Shown here: piece by piece, positions 38,901 through 53,900 of the stretch
Numbering within the stretch: position 1 is the stretch's first letter
Layout: the number at the start of each line of letters is the position of its first letter
DNA from: Lingula anatina
Taxonomy: Eukaryota > Animalia > Brachiopoda
DNA length: 64,000 nt
Direction: 5' to 3'
Assembly (NCBI GenBank): GCA_051362555.1
Contig: CM120641.1
Coordinates: forward strand, 35,904,401 to 35,968,400
Made by a program: the position numbers and the translations under genes
Notes under the pieces: generated by a model
Told to the model about the DNA's origin: nothing
What the model saw: the letters and a program-made list of their open reading frames with translations, nothing else
Database searches by the model: none

Positions 38901-41900
38901 AGAAAAACAGATGGAAAAGCAACAAGCATTTATAGGATCCATCACACAATTTGAAACCTGTTTCTTTCTTATCTTTATAAAAGTTCAATACAGTTTCTTT
39001 TCTCCAGATTCTTACCTCTCCAGCCTGGGTTACAATAGCACACCTGCAGGGCAGCATTGCACAGTCCATGGCCACTACAGTCCTCTCCTTCTCCAGGACA
39101 TCCTCTTGTGGTACACCTCTTTCCACGCCAGCCACTTTCACAGTAACACTCAGTTTTGTTATTACTGCTACAGGTCCCATGGTTATTACATTCAGACTCA
39201 CAATATGTCCCGATATGACAACTGTCACAGCTACAGTAGCCGTTGACACACTGGCCATGTTCACTGCACTTCATCGAGCAGTTGGTGCCATGGTAGCATG
39301 AATTACAAATACAGAAGCCATACAGGCTGCAAATGCCATTACCAGAACATGTAGTGTTGGCATCGCACTGGTGCTCACAGCGGTACCCTACAAAACCTGC
39401 ATTGCAATCGCATTGTCCGTGATCATTACATTCTCCATTGCCATTGCACGTTGTGACAGCATCACACTTGTACTGACAAGAATCCCCAATATAGCCACTG
39501 ATGCAATCACAGGATTCAGATGTAAGGTTCCAAGTGCCATGGTTACCACAAGCTTGGCTGGCTGCACAGGTATTTATTAAGCCACTGGCACCATTGTTGT
39601 TGTGGGTGCCAATACCACCAGGGACATACCTTTGGTTCTTCACAACTTTCTGCATGTTGTGTACAGCATAAGTCCTAATGAGACCTCCACCTGCCCCAGC
39701 ACCATAGTGATAGCAGCAACACCAGCTTTCATAATAATAATAACAACGATTACAGTCACTGGCACCATTACCTCCATCAGCATGAACATTGCCCCATCCT
39801 TCGATGAATCTGCTGTCTAGCCATATAGAGCCTCCACTTCCTCCTCCACCACCATTACTTGCTGTTAAACCTTTGGATGTAAAGGAGCCTTCTGCTACCA
39901 GCAGTCTACTTGCAATGACTTTCAAAGCACCACCGCCTGATCCACCACCTCCATGACTACAACTTCCTCCACCACTTCCAACAATACTTGGCATACAAGG
40001 ATCATCGTACTTTATTCCATGACTGCATTTTGTCGATGATGAACAGGAAGAGCAGCTAGAGCAAGAACCACGTGCACCCTGGCCACCTATACCGCCATGT
40101 CCAGCACCACCACCACCACAGTTGCCACAGGAACTACCAGCACCCTCTCCTTGGGTGCCAGGGTACCCTGAATGGTCTGCTGTGATGATGGCTCTCTTTT
40201 CAGCCTTGAACAACATTGGGTAGATACGCAGAGCATCTCCAATTGTCACTCTTCCAGTGTAATCAACATCAAAGGTTTTCAGTCGAATCTGCATAGCATT
40301 GTCAATGTATCTCGTGTTATGGTCTAGAATGTCCAGGTTTCCATCAGCCAGCACTGTGAGAGTGGAATACCAGTGCTGCCCTCTTTCTGTACTTCCCTCA
40401 GAGCAATTCCTACATGTGGTATAGCTGTAGTGATTCAACATAGCTTTTCCTCGAATTCTGAAATCTTCCACCCCATACATTCCTCCTGCTAAGGTAAAGT
40501 ATCTTAGGATGGTAAATTCTCTTGGTACTACAATCTCTCCAATGATGTCTACTCTTATATTTACATTGGGCTGAGCTACAGTGCCATGATCAATGATCAG
40601 AGTTTTGCTGTTTGGCACTACCAGGAGTCCTGTGCCATCTCCAGTTAAGAAGACTGTTGTGATCTGAAATAAAAATCATTGTCACATGAGAAGAAGCAAT
40701 TGTTGTGATCTGAAATAAAAATCATTGTCACATGAGAAAAAAAGATACGCTGTGATCTGAAATAAAAATGATTCTCACATGAGAAAAAACAAAGATTACT
40801 TTCAAATACTCAATCTGCAAAAAATGATATTGACCTACACTGTGTAAAAAAAAAGTAAACTTACTGAGGGTACCAAAATGCAAGCCCTGTCTTTCAGCTC
40901 AATAACATCGATTCTCTGACCATCCATTTCTTCTACATGTACTGGGAAAGTACATGCATTCAGATTTCCCCTATTCCTATCTGCCACATGGAGACGCTGG
41001 TACATATCATTCCCAGTTATTTCTCTGATTAGTACAGTTCCTGGAGATCCATGTTGGTTTTTGTTACTGGATGGGTCTCCTCTTGCAACACCACCTAGTG
41101 CCTGAAGGGTGCCCTTGAAGGCCAGGGTGCTGTTGAGTAGGTTAATGACCAAATATCCCCCTGAACCTCCTCCACTACCTGTGGAAATTATACATGAAAA
41201 GTATTAGTAACATGTACATCTATGTATATGTATAACAGTTTGACAGTTGATTTGAATTTTTGTAAAGGTACATAAGCTTTGGAATGTTACTGTGTATTAA
41301 AATAAAAGCATAAAAATCAAGGAGCTGTTTATTTTGGTTATACCATGTATAAATTATTATATTAGATTTTCATAATTTGCACTCTAGTATTTTTGATACC
41401 ACACAGTTACTCTCTCAATAACATGTAAAAACATTTTTGGCATTCAATCCCACAGTGCAAAATATATGTGTGTGCATTTGACAGTCTAAATGCATGGGCA
41501 AAGATACTTACCAGCATAAGTACCACCACTAACATGCCAATACCCATCTGTGCTTCCGCCATCTGAAGACACCAGGCCATAACCAGTGAGATCTGCTGTG
41601 TAAATAATGGCCGAACCACCACTGCCTCCACCTCCTACTCTTCTGGATGGCACTGAGCCACCATTGACACTTATATGGCCATTGACAGTGAGACGCTGAA
41701 ATGTAAGTGTATCATGATCTACAACTGTCGTTATATAAATATCAGATGACAGAAATGGTGAGAAACATTTCAATTCAAATAAAGCTTACAGTGATGTCAT
41801 AGATCAGTTTTATAAGGTCCATCTCTTCACTTAACTCTAAATCTGCTATTATGAATTCCTTCTGGTTTTAACAGACGGAAATGAACTTGAGCCATCATTA

Positions 41901-44900
41901 ATTTACATACTTAGACCTAAGAAACCAATTTTCAAATTGTTTATTGATAATGTGTTTATTGAAATAAATTCAACTAAGCTGTTTTATAGCTTAATTGTAA
42001 AACTTACCCTTGCAGCAAAAAGATAGAGGTGTGATCCACCACCGCCTCCATAGGGGTACCCTCCACCACTGCCTGGTTTACTTGGTTTGTGCAACGCACC
42101 ATAGGGAGAGCCACCTGCGTATGCTGTGTAGCCCTTGCCTCCTGTGAAATATAACAATTAATGTGCATTTTTAGCCAAACAGTTTAAGAAATATTTAAAT
42201 AATCATTTATCATAACAATGCAATCTAATGTCTATTACCCTCCTCTTAAAATACTTGTTACTAATAGGAGAAATGTGTTATTTTACTCAATTAAAAGAAG
42301 CTTTAATTTAAAATTTATCCCAAACAATGTTTATTTTTCTTTAAAAAAACACTGATAAAAAACAGAAAATGACCAACCAGTAGAGGCATGTCCAGCTCCA
42401 GAGCTGGAATAACCTGATCCTGTTCCTCTTCCAGGTCCTGAATTCCTTGGATACCCAAAGCCTTCACCCGTGATCTCAGCTAGCTTTTCTACATCCAGGG
42501 ATGTGACTGTAATATTGGCATACCAAGACTCTAGGCTTACAGAACTTCTAGATTTCACAATCAGCTCTGATAGCTGCACTGTTGGTACCACACTCCTATT
42601 TGGTGCCTGAAAGACCATCCTGCCTCCGTCACTGAGTACCACTCTCCCTATCCTCACCACTCCTGGTGTTGCATCATCTGTGAAGTCTTCAGTGTACCAA
42701 TCAACCTCTGCTGGAACTTCAGCAGTATGGCCTTGGTTTATCAGAGTAAATTCACTGCCAGGTCCATGAATGATTAGTTCTTCAATGCCAATCATCCGTC
42801 CCTCCAAGATTGCCCTTTCTGTTCGAAGTATGGTAGTTGTTGGAAAGATGACTTCCCCACCATCATCAACATGGACACCACAAGGAGCATCTAGGTATGT
42901 GTGTGTTGACTCAACAAAGTGGACTATCACTCTCTGTCTACTCTGTACTCTGATTAGACCTTTCTTATTTCCTAACAGCTCATGGATGACAACGGTTACA
43001 TTGTGAACTCCTGTTGGGTGGTAGAACTGTACATAACAATATCCACGCACCTGGACTTCGTCAAACTCATAAAATATAGTGGCATTTTCCATAACAACTG
43101 CAGGATGATCGACCCGCAATTCTCCATTGTCAATTCTCAGTCTGGTTCTCTCTGGGTCAAGGGTCGTAACATTGAGGCGAGGATTGTACTTCAGCTCTCT
43201 ATATTCTGGTCCTCTTCTTGATTCATACATGTAAAACGTGCCTGGACCACCATCACTAACAGAATGGGTGGAAGATGGTCCACCTCGTCCACCATAACTG
43301 ATGAATTTTCCTCCGTAGTTCATCTGGTAGTCAACATGGAGAGCAATTCTTCCACCAGCCCCTCCTCCCCCATCTCCAGTCCCACTGCCACCACTGGCAT
43401 CTATCACTCCATGCCCAGTGATGTTAGTGGTTTCCACCAATACACTGCCGCCACTTCCTCCACCACCTCCATTTGCTTTGGCGTTGCCACCTCTAGCATC
43501 CAGCATGCCGTTGAGATGGAGAGTTCTTCCAACCTTCAGGTTGACAAATCCACCTCCTGTTCCACCTTGACCGTATCTCCCATTTCCACCCCCACTGCCA
43601 AAGACTCTGGGTGTGAATACAGATCCATATGCCACTTCTGTGCTTATAGTATTTGTATAGCCACCTTTTCCTCCATAACTCCCTCCAGAGCCTCTGATGA
43701 TGATAATAAAATACTTCTTTAGCACAACATATATAACAATTACACTTTTTCCCTACAATTTTTAACAGCCAAAATGCTAATTACAAATTCCTGAAATCTT
43801 TTACTGCATTAAAAACTCATGACCTCTGAAGCATTTGACAGAAACAATATATGCTATATCATTACCATCATAATTTGTCATCATCATTAAAAAACATTAC
43901 ATCATGACCGAAATATTAATACCTGTTGTTGATTGTGGTGCCAGCCCCAGGTCCTGTCTCCGCAGGGTGACCAGACTTTGACACATCAATGATGGCCTGA
44001 GATTCCAAGTCTGCATCCCCAACATCAACTGTCCCATGGTTCATAGTCATAACCCCTTGGTACTTTATTTCCAACAAAGCTGAAGTCACAGTCAGGTCAT
44101 TTAAGTTTCTTCTAAAATTCAACTCCCCACCCTTCTTCACTGTCAGCAAAGGGAATGTAATATTTCCAGGTTTTGTGATGTCAATGTAAGTTCCATTTTC
44201 AGTCAAGGCAGTCTGTGCGGTGGAGTAGAAATCAACTATGGCTTGGTCTTCTACAAAAAGATCGTGGACACCAGTGACCATTCCAGCCAGGTCAGTATTG
44301 ATACCATGGAGATGGACAACAGCAGGGAAGATGACCTCTGCTCCTTGGTCAATGACATAACTGCAAGGGGCCTCTGTAACATTGGTGACAGATTCTACCA
44401 CTTCAACGTAAACTTTCTGATTTTCTCTCAAATGCAGTCTTCCAGTTTTGTCTCCGATAAACCTGTGCACAACCATCTCCACTTCAGAGTTGTTGGGATG
44501 GTATATTATCAGACGGGAATGTCCTGTGAGCTCAAGTTCATCCAGCTCATAGTATTTGGTTTCATTCTCCATGAGCATACTAGCAACAGGAACCAACAGG
44601 CCTTCATTATCCACATGAACATACTTGTGGTCAACTTCAAGGAATGTTGTATTCAGCTTCTTCATGTACTTGAGCACTCTGTACTGTAGTGGTCTCAAGT
44701 TTTCTTCCACATATGTTGAACCAGCAGCAGCACCAAGGGCAAGATTATTGCCCTCTCCTAGGCCTCCCCTGTTGATAAATTCACCACCGTATGTATAGTG
44801 CCACCTACAGTGTATTGCAATACGTCCACCTGCACCACCCCCGCCTTGATCAGTCCCATCTCCTCCTCTCACGTTTATCTGTCCGTGTCCAGTCATATTT

Positions 44901-47900
44901 GTGGTTTTGATAACGACACTTCCACCACTCCCTCCACCAGAGTTGACACCAGTCGCATTCCCTCCTCGTAGAGCTAGTAGGCCATTCATTTCAAGGTAAT
45001 GTGCATTGTTCCAGATGAGTAATCCACCACCAGTCCCACCTGTTCCACCATATCCACTACCACCACCACTGCCTAGCTCTGTGGGGATAAACACTGAATC
45101 ATATGGATTGGTCACCATGTAAACAGCTGACCCACCTCCTTGACCACCATGAGAGGCACCATATCCTATGTTGCTGTGTCTAAACCCAGCACCTATTCCC
45201 ATTTCTGCTGGGTGCCCTCTTGCATCACAGTGGAAAGTTCCCTGACTTTCTATAAAGGCATATGAAGTGAAAAGCTCTGCATGGTTCATGTACAGCTCAC
45301 CTTGGTATTTAACATGAAGGACTGAGGAATGGACACTCAAGGTTGTGTTGATCTTCCAGAATCCACCAGTACCACCTCTCTTGACTTGGAAAACTGGGAA
45401 ACTGAAATTGCCTGGTTGTGTAATTTCGATATAGGTGTTATTTTCCAGAATGGCTGTCTGAGCTGTGGAGTAGAATTCTACCCATGCACCAGACTCAATA
45501 TACAAACTTCTCACGCCAGTTATTCTGCCAGCTAAAGTGCTGTTGGTTCCGTGCACATGGAACTCTGCAGGCAGTATGATTTCTGCTCCCTGGTCAATGA
45601 TATAACTACATGGCGCTTCTGTCTTGTTAGTTACTGATTCTACTACCTCTACCCAGATGGTCTGATTATTCCTCAGATGTGCTTGTCCAGTTTTATCCCC
45701 AATGAAGGCATGGACTGTGACATTGACCTGGGCATCTTCTGATGGGTGGTAAAACAACAGCCTTGAGTACCCAGTAAGTTCCATTTCATCAAATTCATAT
45801 TCTGTCCTTCCTTCTTCCATCATAACAGTTGCAGCTGGGACAGCCCTTCCATCATTGTCAATGTGAACATAGGTATGATCCACGGCCAGGAAAGTGGTAT
45901 TCAGGAACTTGTCATACTTTTTATGTCTATATTCAAGCTCTCTTAAATTTTCCTCCTTGTAGATTGTACCTGCTGCAGCGCCATGAGATAAAGTTGCTGA
46001 AGAACCTCCATAGCCTCCATAGTCTGTAAAACGTCCGCCATATTGGTACCTCCAGCGGCAATGTATTGCTACACGGCCACCAGCACCACCACATCCTATG
46101 GTACCACTGCCAGCACCACCATTGACAGCAATCTCCCCATGGCCTGTCATATTTGTAGTACGTATGAAGATTGCGCCTCCACTACCCCCACCAGCATTAA
46201 TTCCCTGACCATCTTGCCCTCTAGCAGAAAGCACTCCATGAAGTTCCAGTTTCTCCCCAATCTCCCAATACAGTAGTCCACCACCTCGGCCTCCTGTTCC
46301 TCTTCCATTTCCACCACCACTACCAAGTTCCACCGACCTGTAGACAGAGTCATAGGGTGTCCCTCCATATGGTGGGTAAGATCCGCCCCCTTCACCACCA
46401 TGCCCTGCTCCTGTCCCAAAGCCTCCAACTGTAAAGCCAGCTCCAGGGCCTTCCTCTGCCAAATGTCCTGTACCGTCCAAATGGAATACACCTTGACTTT
46501 CAACCCAGGCATACGTAGAAAACAGATCTGCTCTGTTCATAAGTAATTCACCTTGGTACTTGACTCTGAACTCTGCTACAGAAACACTCATTGGTAATGT
46601 GACATTTGTGAAGTTGCCCTTGGAGTTTCTTTCAACAGTAAAAGTGGAAAATGTGAAATTGCCCTTAGGTGTGATACTAGTATAGGAGCCGTTGGCTAAT
46701 AGTGCTGTCTGGGCTGTGGAGTGAAAGATAACATCTCCTCCTCCAGATATGTACAGATCCTGAACTCCAGTAATTCTACCAGCTAACAGTGTTCTTGTTC
46801 CAACAATGTATGCAATTTCTGGTAAAATTATTTCAGCATCTTCATCAATGCGATAACTACATGGGGCAAAGGTTTGGTTTGTCTTGGATTCTTCAAACTC
46901 TACAATCAGTACTTGGTCTTTCCTCACATGAACCAGTCCTGTTCTGTCACCAAGGAATTTGTGAATTGAGATATTCACAAATGAAGAGTTGTATGGATAA
47001 TCTATAAGGAGATTTGCATGTCTTGTAAGATGCACCTCATCAAATTCATAAGCCGTCTTCCCTCCAGCCATCAATGTTGTGTACAGCCATGGTTCTTCAT
47101 GTTGCTGATAGAATTCTGCATTCAGGTCTTCATTGTCAGCCTGTAGGTAGGTATGTGTTGCTGTGGTATAGGTCTTGTTAGTCGACTTATCGTACTTGAT
47201 ATCAGCATACTGAGGTCCTCTGTTGGTCTCTTCTTTATATACTGTACCAGCAGCACCATGTGGGATATTTCCAGATCCTCGCCCTCCAACTGATTTGAAC
47301 TCTCCAGCATATTTATGGGCAAACCTGACCAGAACAGCTATTCTACCTCCACTGCCACCACCTCCACCATAGTACTTGTCAGAGGACCTGGATGTGGCCG
47401 GAGAACCTGCTCCTCCATTCACATTCAGTTCTCCATAGCCTGTGAAATTCAGCGTATCAATGAGGAGACTTCCACCACTCCCACCGCCAGCATTGATCCC
47501 TTCTCCATTACCACCTTGTAGCGTCAAGGTGCCATCTATTGTTAAGACTTCTCCATTCAGCCAATAGAGCATTCCTCCTCCTCTGCCCCCGATTCCATTA
47601 TTACCACCATGGCCTCCACCACTTCCGAGATCCCTAGGTCTGTACACATTATTATGAGGAATACCTCCTGTATATGGCCAATGTGCTCCACCATGCCCAC
47701 CATGTGCTCCACCAAACCCTATATTAAACCCATCTGTTGAGGTAGATCCTTTGCCAGATCCCATCTGCCCAGGATACCCTGTGTAGTTCAGGTTCAAGAC
47801 ACCCAAACTTTCTATATTGCCTGTAGTGGATACAATAACACCATGATTGATGTCAACTTGTCCTTCAAATTTGATATTGAGGAAGTTGACGGTGAGATAT

Positions 47901-50900
47901 AAGTCATCAGTAATATTTCTCAACTCAAGAAGGGAGCCTCTCTGTACTATAACACTACTGAAACTGAGATTTCCTGCCTTGGTTATATCAAAATATGTAT
48001 TGTTGGAAATCAGGGCTGTTTGGGATGTAGACATGAAAACTGAGGTAGCACCTTCAGCCATTATAAGATCATGGACACCAACAAGCAATCCAGCCATGAT
48101 GGTTCGAGTACCAAGCATAACCAGAGTACTAGGAACTATGATAGTGGCACCTCGGTCCACCCTGTAACTGACTGGAGCAATGGTGTAACCAGTCTCTGAC
48201 TCCACATATTCAACATACATCTTCTGCCCATTCCTCAGATGCACCTGTCCTGTTCTGTCTCCTCTAAATTTATGGGCTATTAGAGTACTGTTTCCTCCAT
48301 GCATTTCCAGAACCACATGGTTATCCAACACTAGTTCCCCAAACTCAAAATGATTTCCTTCTTCATTCATAATCACGGTTGGTAACTTGCAATTTCTATT
48401 GACATTATCCAGGATTATCTCAGTATGGGCATCCTCCCACAGGGTTGAATTATCAGAGGTCTTAATAGCCTTTCTATAGGTAAGACCTCGATTGGTGTCA
48501 GTATAGTATATTGTTCCTGAGGCTCCGTTTTTGTCACGGGTGTTACAGGTGCTACCACTATCAGGAGCAATGCCACCATAGGCTATGTAAGAGCCAGAAA
48601 ACTCTCTCAGCCAGGCAACATGGACGCCAATTCTTCCTCCTGATCCTCCATACCCATGCCCAGACCCATGTCCGCCCTCTGTGGACAGAGTTCCATGTCC
48701 AGAGAACAGGACTGTGGATACATAGACACTGCCACCACTGCCTCCCCCACTACTGCCTGCACCAGCATTTCCCCCTCTGCCCTCCAGAATACCATCTACA
48801 TGAAGTGACCAGCCCACATACAGAGCAATGGTACCACCACCTGCACCACCATTGGAACCCCCACCACCACTGCCTGGGTGAACAGGGACAATGTATGATC
48901 CATATGCTGTACCTAAGAGCAGATAAAAAGTTATGTAATTCCACAGCATAGAGCAAACTTATAAATATTATTGGTACACTGACTGCTATATTAATATTAA
49001 GTATGTTAAAAGTTACATGAAAATTAAGCATACAAAATAGTTTTCTAAATTAGCAAACAAGTTGGCTGAACTATGCACCCAGTGAATTAATTTTCAGCAA
49101 ATCTAGGTGGAGAAATGTCATACAAAACTTCACAAAATATCATTACTAAGAAGTACAACTTTTCCAAAATATTCAAAATAAAATACTGCATTAACTGTAA
49201 GAACTTACTAGCAGTATAGTTTACAACATCTGCCCCTCCTCCAAATCCTCCATGCCCTCCTCCTGTACCAAAGTTCTGTGCGTCCAGTATTCCAGGGCTG
49301 TTGCCTTGCCCTGTGTGGGGTCCCCTGCCAGAGACATCAAGCCTTGCCTCCCCCTCCAGATTCAGATTGCTGACCTTAAACACAATACTGGGAGCTGTCA
49401 CCTTGGACTGGTATCTCATTGTGACATCTGAAGATTCTATCTGGACATTCACTGTGTTGATGATCGAGGCCCTGGCTTCAAGTTTCAGGTGGCTTAGTGT
49501 CAGATGTCCTTGAAACAAAAGAGTGATAAAGTTAATCTTTTAAGATACACATGAAAATTTTAAATCAAAGTTGCAAATGAAAAAATATATATTCTGATAT
49601 AATTATAGTTATCAAAAATAACTATAGTATCTATATATATATAAAATATGTTTCAAGAACATTTGTTGGTTTCTCTTTCAGTATACATTTCTAAAAATAA
49701 ATTTAAAAAGCCCACCTGGATCAGACACTTGATTGTACACCCCATCTTTGAGTAAGGCACTGGATGCACTGGGTCCCATGGTCATAGCTTTCCCCTCTGC
49801 TAGGCTCAGGTTCTGCACTCCAGCCAATAAACCATTCAATATCAAAGCAGGATTGTTGTCACCGCTAACTCTGAAGTCTGCAGGAAGCAGCAGCTCCCCC
49901 TTGTAGTCAACTATGTAATTGACTGGTGGTGAGGAACGGATATCAACAAACTCTGAATATTCCATGAAGAACTTCTGCCTTTCTCTGACGTGGATTGTTG
50001 AACTGCCATCGCCTAGTATCTTATGTATTGCTATGCTGCTTGACTGTTTTCCTAGATAGGCAATTTCCAGGATGATCTGCAAATAGTAATGCACATGAAA
50101 TTATTCAGATATATGTTTAAATGAGAAATTTAATTGTTCATATAATTTTGTTATTTGTGCCCTCATGGGTGGTTGTTATCATTTTCCCAATGTTTATCCT
50201 AAGGAATAACTTACATCTTTTGCATTTGAATAGACTTTGTGACTAAGCACAACAAAAGCATGACTCAAATTTAGACTAATTGAATCTTTACAGTTTTTTG
50301 CTTATCAGGGAACTTCAAAACTACTCAGCTTTGTGTCTACAGAAATCAAATTAACTTATATTCTAAATCACTAAAAGTAGTACATGCTGTAATATTTGTT
50401 ATGAGCCCTATCTTGCAACATTGTATATACTATAGAGCATATTCTATTGTACTATAATCTCATTTCCTGTAACTATATCTATAATGTAGTTGCACCACTG
50501 CTATTTTGTATGGCAAAGTGTAGTGTTTGTCCTTTAATGCATTTAATGTATTTGTGTCTTTGTACCTTTTTCAATGTTATTCAAAATGAAAGTATCAAAC
50601 AAAAGTCCTTGATAAATCATAGTTTAATACAAAATATTACATTTGTAATTGCCACACTAACTTTTTTTTGTAGCATCATTTCATCAAAGGTGAAGTCTGC
50701 TTTCACATTGTACTCATCGCCCACGTCCTCCCTATCTTCTCTGGGGTTTGTCTCATTCAGTACAAAGGTTTGCGCTGGTACAACATTCTGGTTGTCTAGA
50801 TACAGTCTTCTATACCAGGTTCCACTTCTCCAGTCTTCCAGATACACCGTTCCTGTGCCACCATATGCACCTCCACTTGTGCCACCGCGTCCGAGTGCTC

Positions 50901-53900
50901 TGAGAGAGCCACGATATTCATGTGCGTCAAATGTATGGACTGATATTCTTCCTCCAGAGCCACCTCCAGCCCTGTTGTTACCCTGGCCTCCCATAGCTGA
51001 CACTGTACCATGGCCTCGGAAATGACCTGAAATATAAAGACACTCATTTATTGTTTCAAAGATAAAGTCATTGCTAAATGTGCTGAGCGGAAAAAAGTTA
51101 GGTTGTTGATATCAAAACAACCATGTTGCAGATTAACCAACCAGAGATTGTCAAGGTACACCTCTTTCTTTGACAAAAACTAGTCTTTTTATATAAATTC
51201 AACCAAAAAAGTTTAGAAACATAGATATTTTGGATAATTATAAAATAACCATATGAGCTAAGGTAAAAGTATTCACCAAATATTGATGGATAATAACACA
51301 CTGAGGATTTTCCTGCTATATTACATGTTTTTTAAATTACTGTAAAAGTAATTTGTTTCCAAAAATGTTTGGTCAAGTGTATAATATCACAACAAAGGGC
51401 AGTAAATCATCAATAAAAGATCCTGCAAGTTGGATAATATCGGGATAACAAATTTTAAATAACTGAATAATACCTGCTGTTATCCATGAAGCACCACCAC
51501 TTCCTCCACCACTATTCTGCCTGCCATCTTCACCGTCCACATTCACTATGCCATCCATGAGGAATATTCCCCCTACCACCAGTCTTGTACGACCACCACC
51601 CCTGCCTCCCTGACTGCCACCACTGCCAGTGCCTCCAGAACTACCAGCCAGTGTTGGCTGATACAGAGAGCCATATGGATCTCCTCCAGGTTGCTGTGAG
51701 GTGTCTACAATAAATACCAGCTTATATAATATTTACAATCATATTTGGCCAGATGACCATTTCTTAAAAAGAAATATAATATGTATAGTTAGTACATAAA
51801 GTGGGGTATATATACTTTTAACCACATTATACATCAAGTAAAGCTTGTAGAACAAATTTAAAGTAAGCTTAATAGATCTTAACTAGATTGTGATATCATT
51901 AAAATGATATTTTATCACCTTCATATAAAAGAGTTATGGTAGTCACAAGAGTGCTTTTTATTAAAGAGGCTGACATGTTTACTTACCACTTCCTCCAGTA
52001 GATGCATAGCCACCCCCAGTTCCAGGCCTCATCCCTCTCCCTGGACCTCCATCCTCTGGACCTCTGCCTTTACAAAGTAAGGTTGACCCAGGTTCAAGGA
52101 ACATGTCAGTGGCAAACACCTCAAAATACTCAGCACTGAAGCTGCAGGAATATTTCATATCCTGGAAAAAATACAAATTTCTTTAGGTTGTACTAATATT
52201 TTTAAGATTAAGTGTACGTTCTTGAAAGTTTCTGACCTTTATTTTATTTCTGAAGTGATGATATCTTATGAATTGACATCAGTATATTCCTATCTTATTT
52301 TTCACAAATATAGTATTTATTTCTTGAATAATGGTGAACCCGTTAAAACTTCAATACAGTTATCAAACCAGTACTTGTATTCGTATCAAAGTGAATATTG
52401 TGCAGTGTGAATTTAGAAAGCTCATGGTCTTACCAAGAATCCAACAGTAAACCTAATCCCCATAGGAGGAGGGAAGGCCACACTGGATCCTAAACCAAAC
52501 TCCAGGCTGGCAAACCTGAATGTCCCAGGTAACTCTGCATACAGTGTCCCATCCACAACCACTGCACTGTGTGCCTTGGGTCCTACCATCACTTTCCTTC
52601 CAGGTGCTATCCGGAGATGATGTACACCAACCAAGCCACCATACCACTTCAGAGCTGTCTCCCCTTTGCCTATAATGTATGCCATGGTAGGGAGCACTGC
52701 CTCACCACCTTCATCAATCCAGATATTGGCCTGGGTTTTACTTGATGATTTCTTGGACTCAATCACTTCTAGGTAATAAGACTGGTTGGCATGGATGAGA
52801 ATTCTGCCTGTCAAATCACCAACGACTTTGTGTGCTGTGACATTCCTGCTCTTTCCATCATCTGGCATTTGAATTGAAGCTTGCTTTGTAAGGTGTATTT
52901 TATCAAATATGTATGCATATGTGTCTGCTTCATCCAAGGTGTAGTCCTGGACCCATCCTCTGTTATTATTATCAAGCAGCAGTTGGGAATAGCTACGGCC
53001 CTCCCTGATATCCTGCAGGTAAAGTGACCCAGGTCCACTATGCTGGGATGAAGATGACCCACTTCCACCATGGGCAACGTAACTGCCTTCAAATGTGTTC
53101 TTGGTAGATGTGTATATGGCTATTCTGCCTCCAGAGCCACCACCAATTCCATTACCACCTACATTGAGAAAGGCACCATGTCCATTCAGTTCCAGAGTGT
53201 TGATCCAAACAGAGCCACCACTTCCACCGCCTTCAGAACTGGCAGTGGAACCATCCTGCCCACTAGCTGTGATTGTACCATCATTATGCAGGATTGTTGC
53301 TATGTCCATATAGATGGCACCACCTCCCTTGCCTCCCCCACTAGAACCACGCTCTGTGGGCCTGTACAAGGTACCATAGTAACTCCCACCTTGTGTCCCA
53401 CCTCCAAGGCTGGCATGACCAGCTCCACTGCCACCTATGCCTGCACCCACTTCAGAATCTAGGGTATCCTCTGGCCTGTCTTGGGAAGCCACAGTCAGGG
53501 TAGCACCTGTCTCCACATTTAATTTGCTACACAGTAGTGACATACTTTCTGCTGAAAGCACTGACCCATACTTCAAGTCTATCTGGCCTATTTCAGTTTT
53601 TAAATTCAGGTCTGGTGCAAGTTTGAAAGTTGCATTACTTTGAAGTTCAAGGGATGCGAATGTAAACTCTCCTGGTTTGTTGACATTGAAATATGTCCCA
53701 TTTCTGTAAGCGGCTGTATGGGCATCATTCCCAACAAACACATGTGAATATTGTGAAACTATCAGGTTTTCCACATTTAAGATAATGCCGTTGGTATCAA
53801 TGGAAACTACTCTCTCTGTGCCTGGTACTTTTACACCAGCTCCAATGACTACCATGGTAAAAGCTCCCATAAGTTCTGAGTCCTTATCCAAGAAGAAGTT

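Noticed and set aside
28018-39560. Calling the gene tenascin or teneurin (TNX/TENM)
   Set aside because: It has EGF repeats only; no FN3, fibrinogen, NHL or YD domains, and the topology is type I with a C-terminal TM helix.
40655-40797. CRISPR-like array
   Set aside because: Only three adjacent tandem units with no real spacers, no cas genes, and a eukaryotic intron context.
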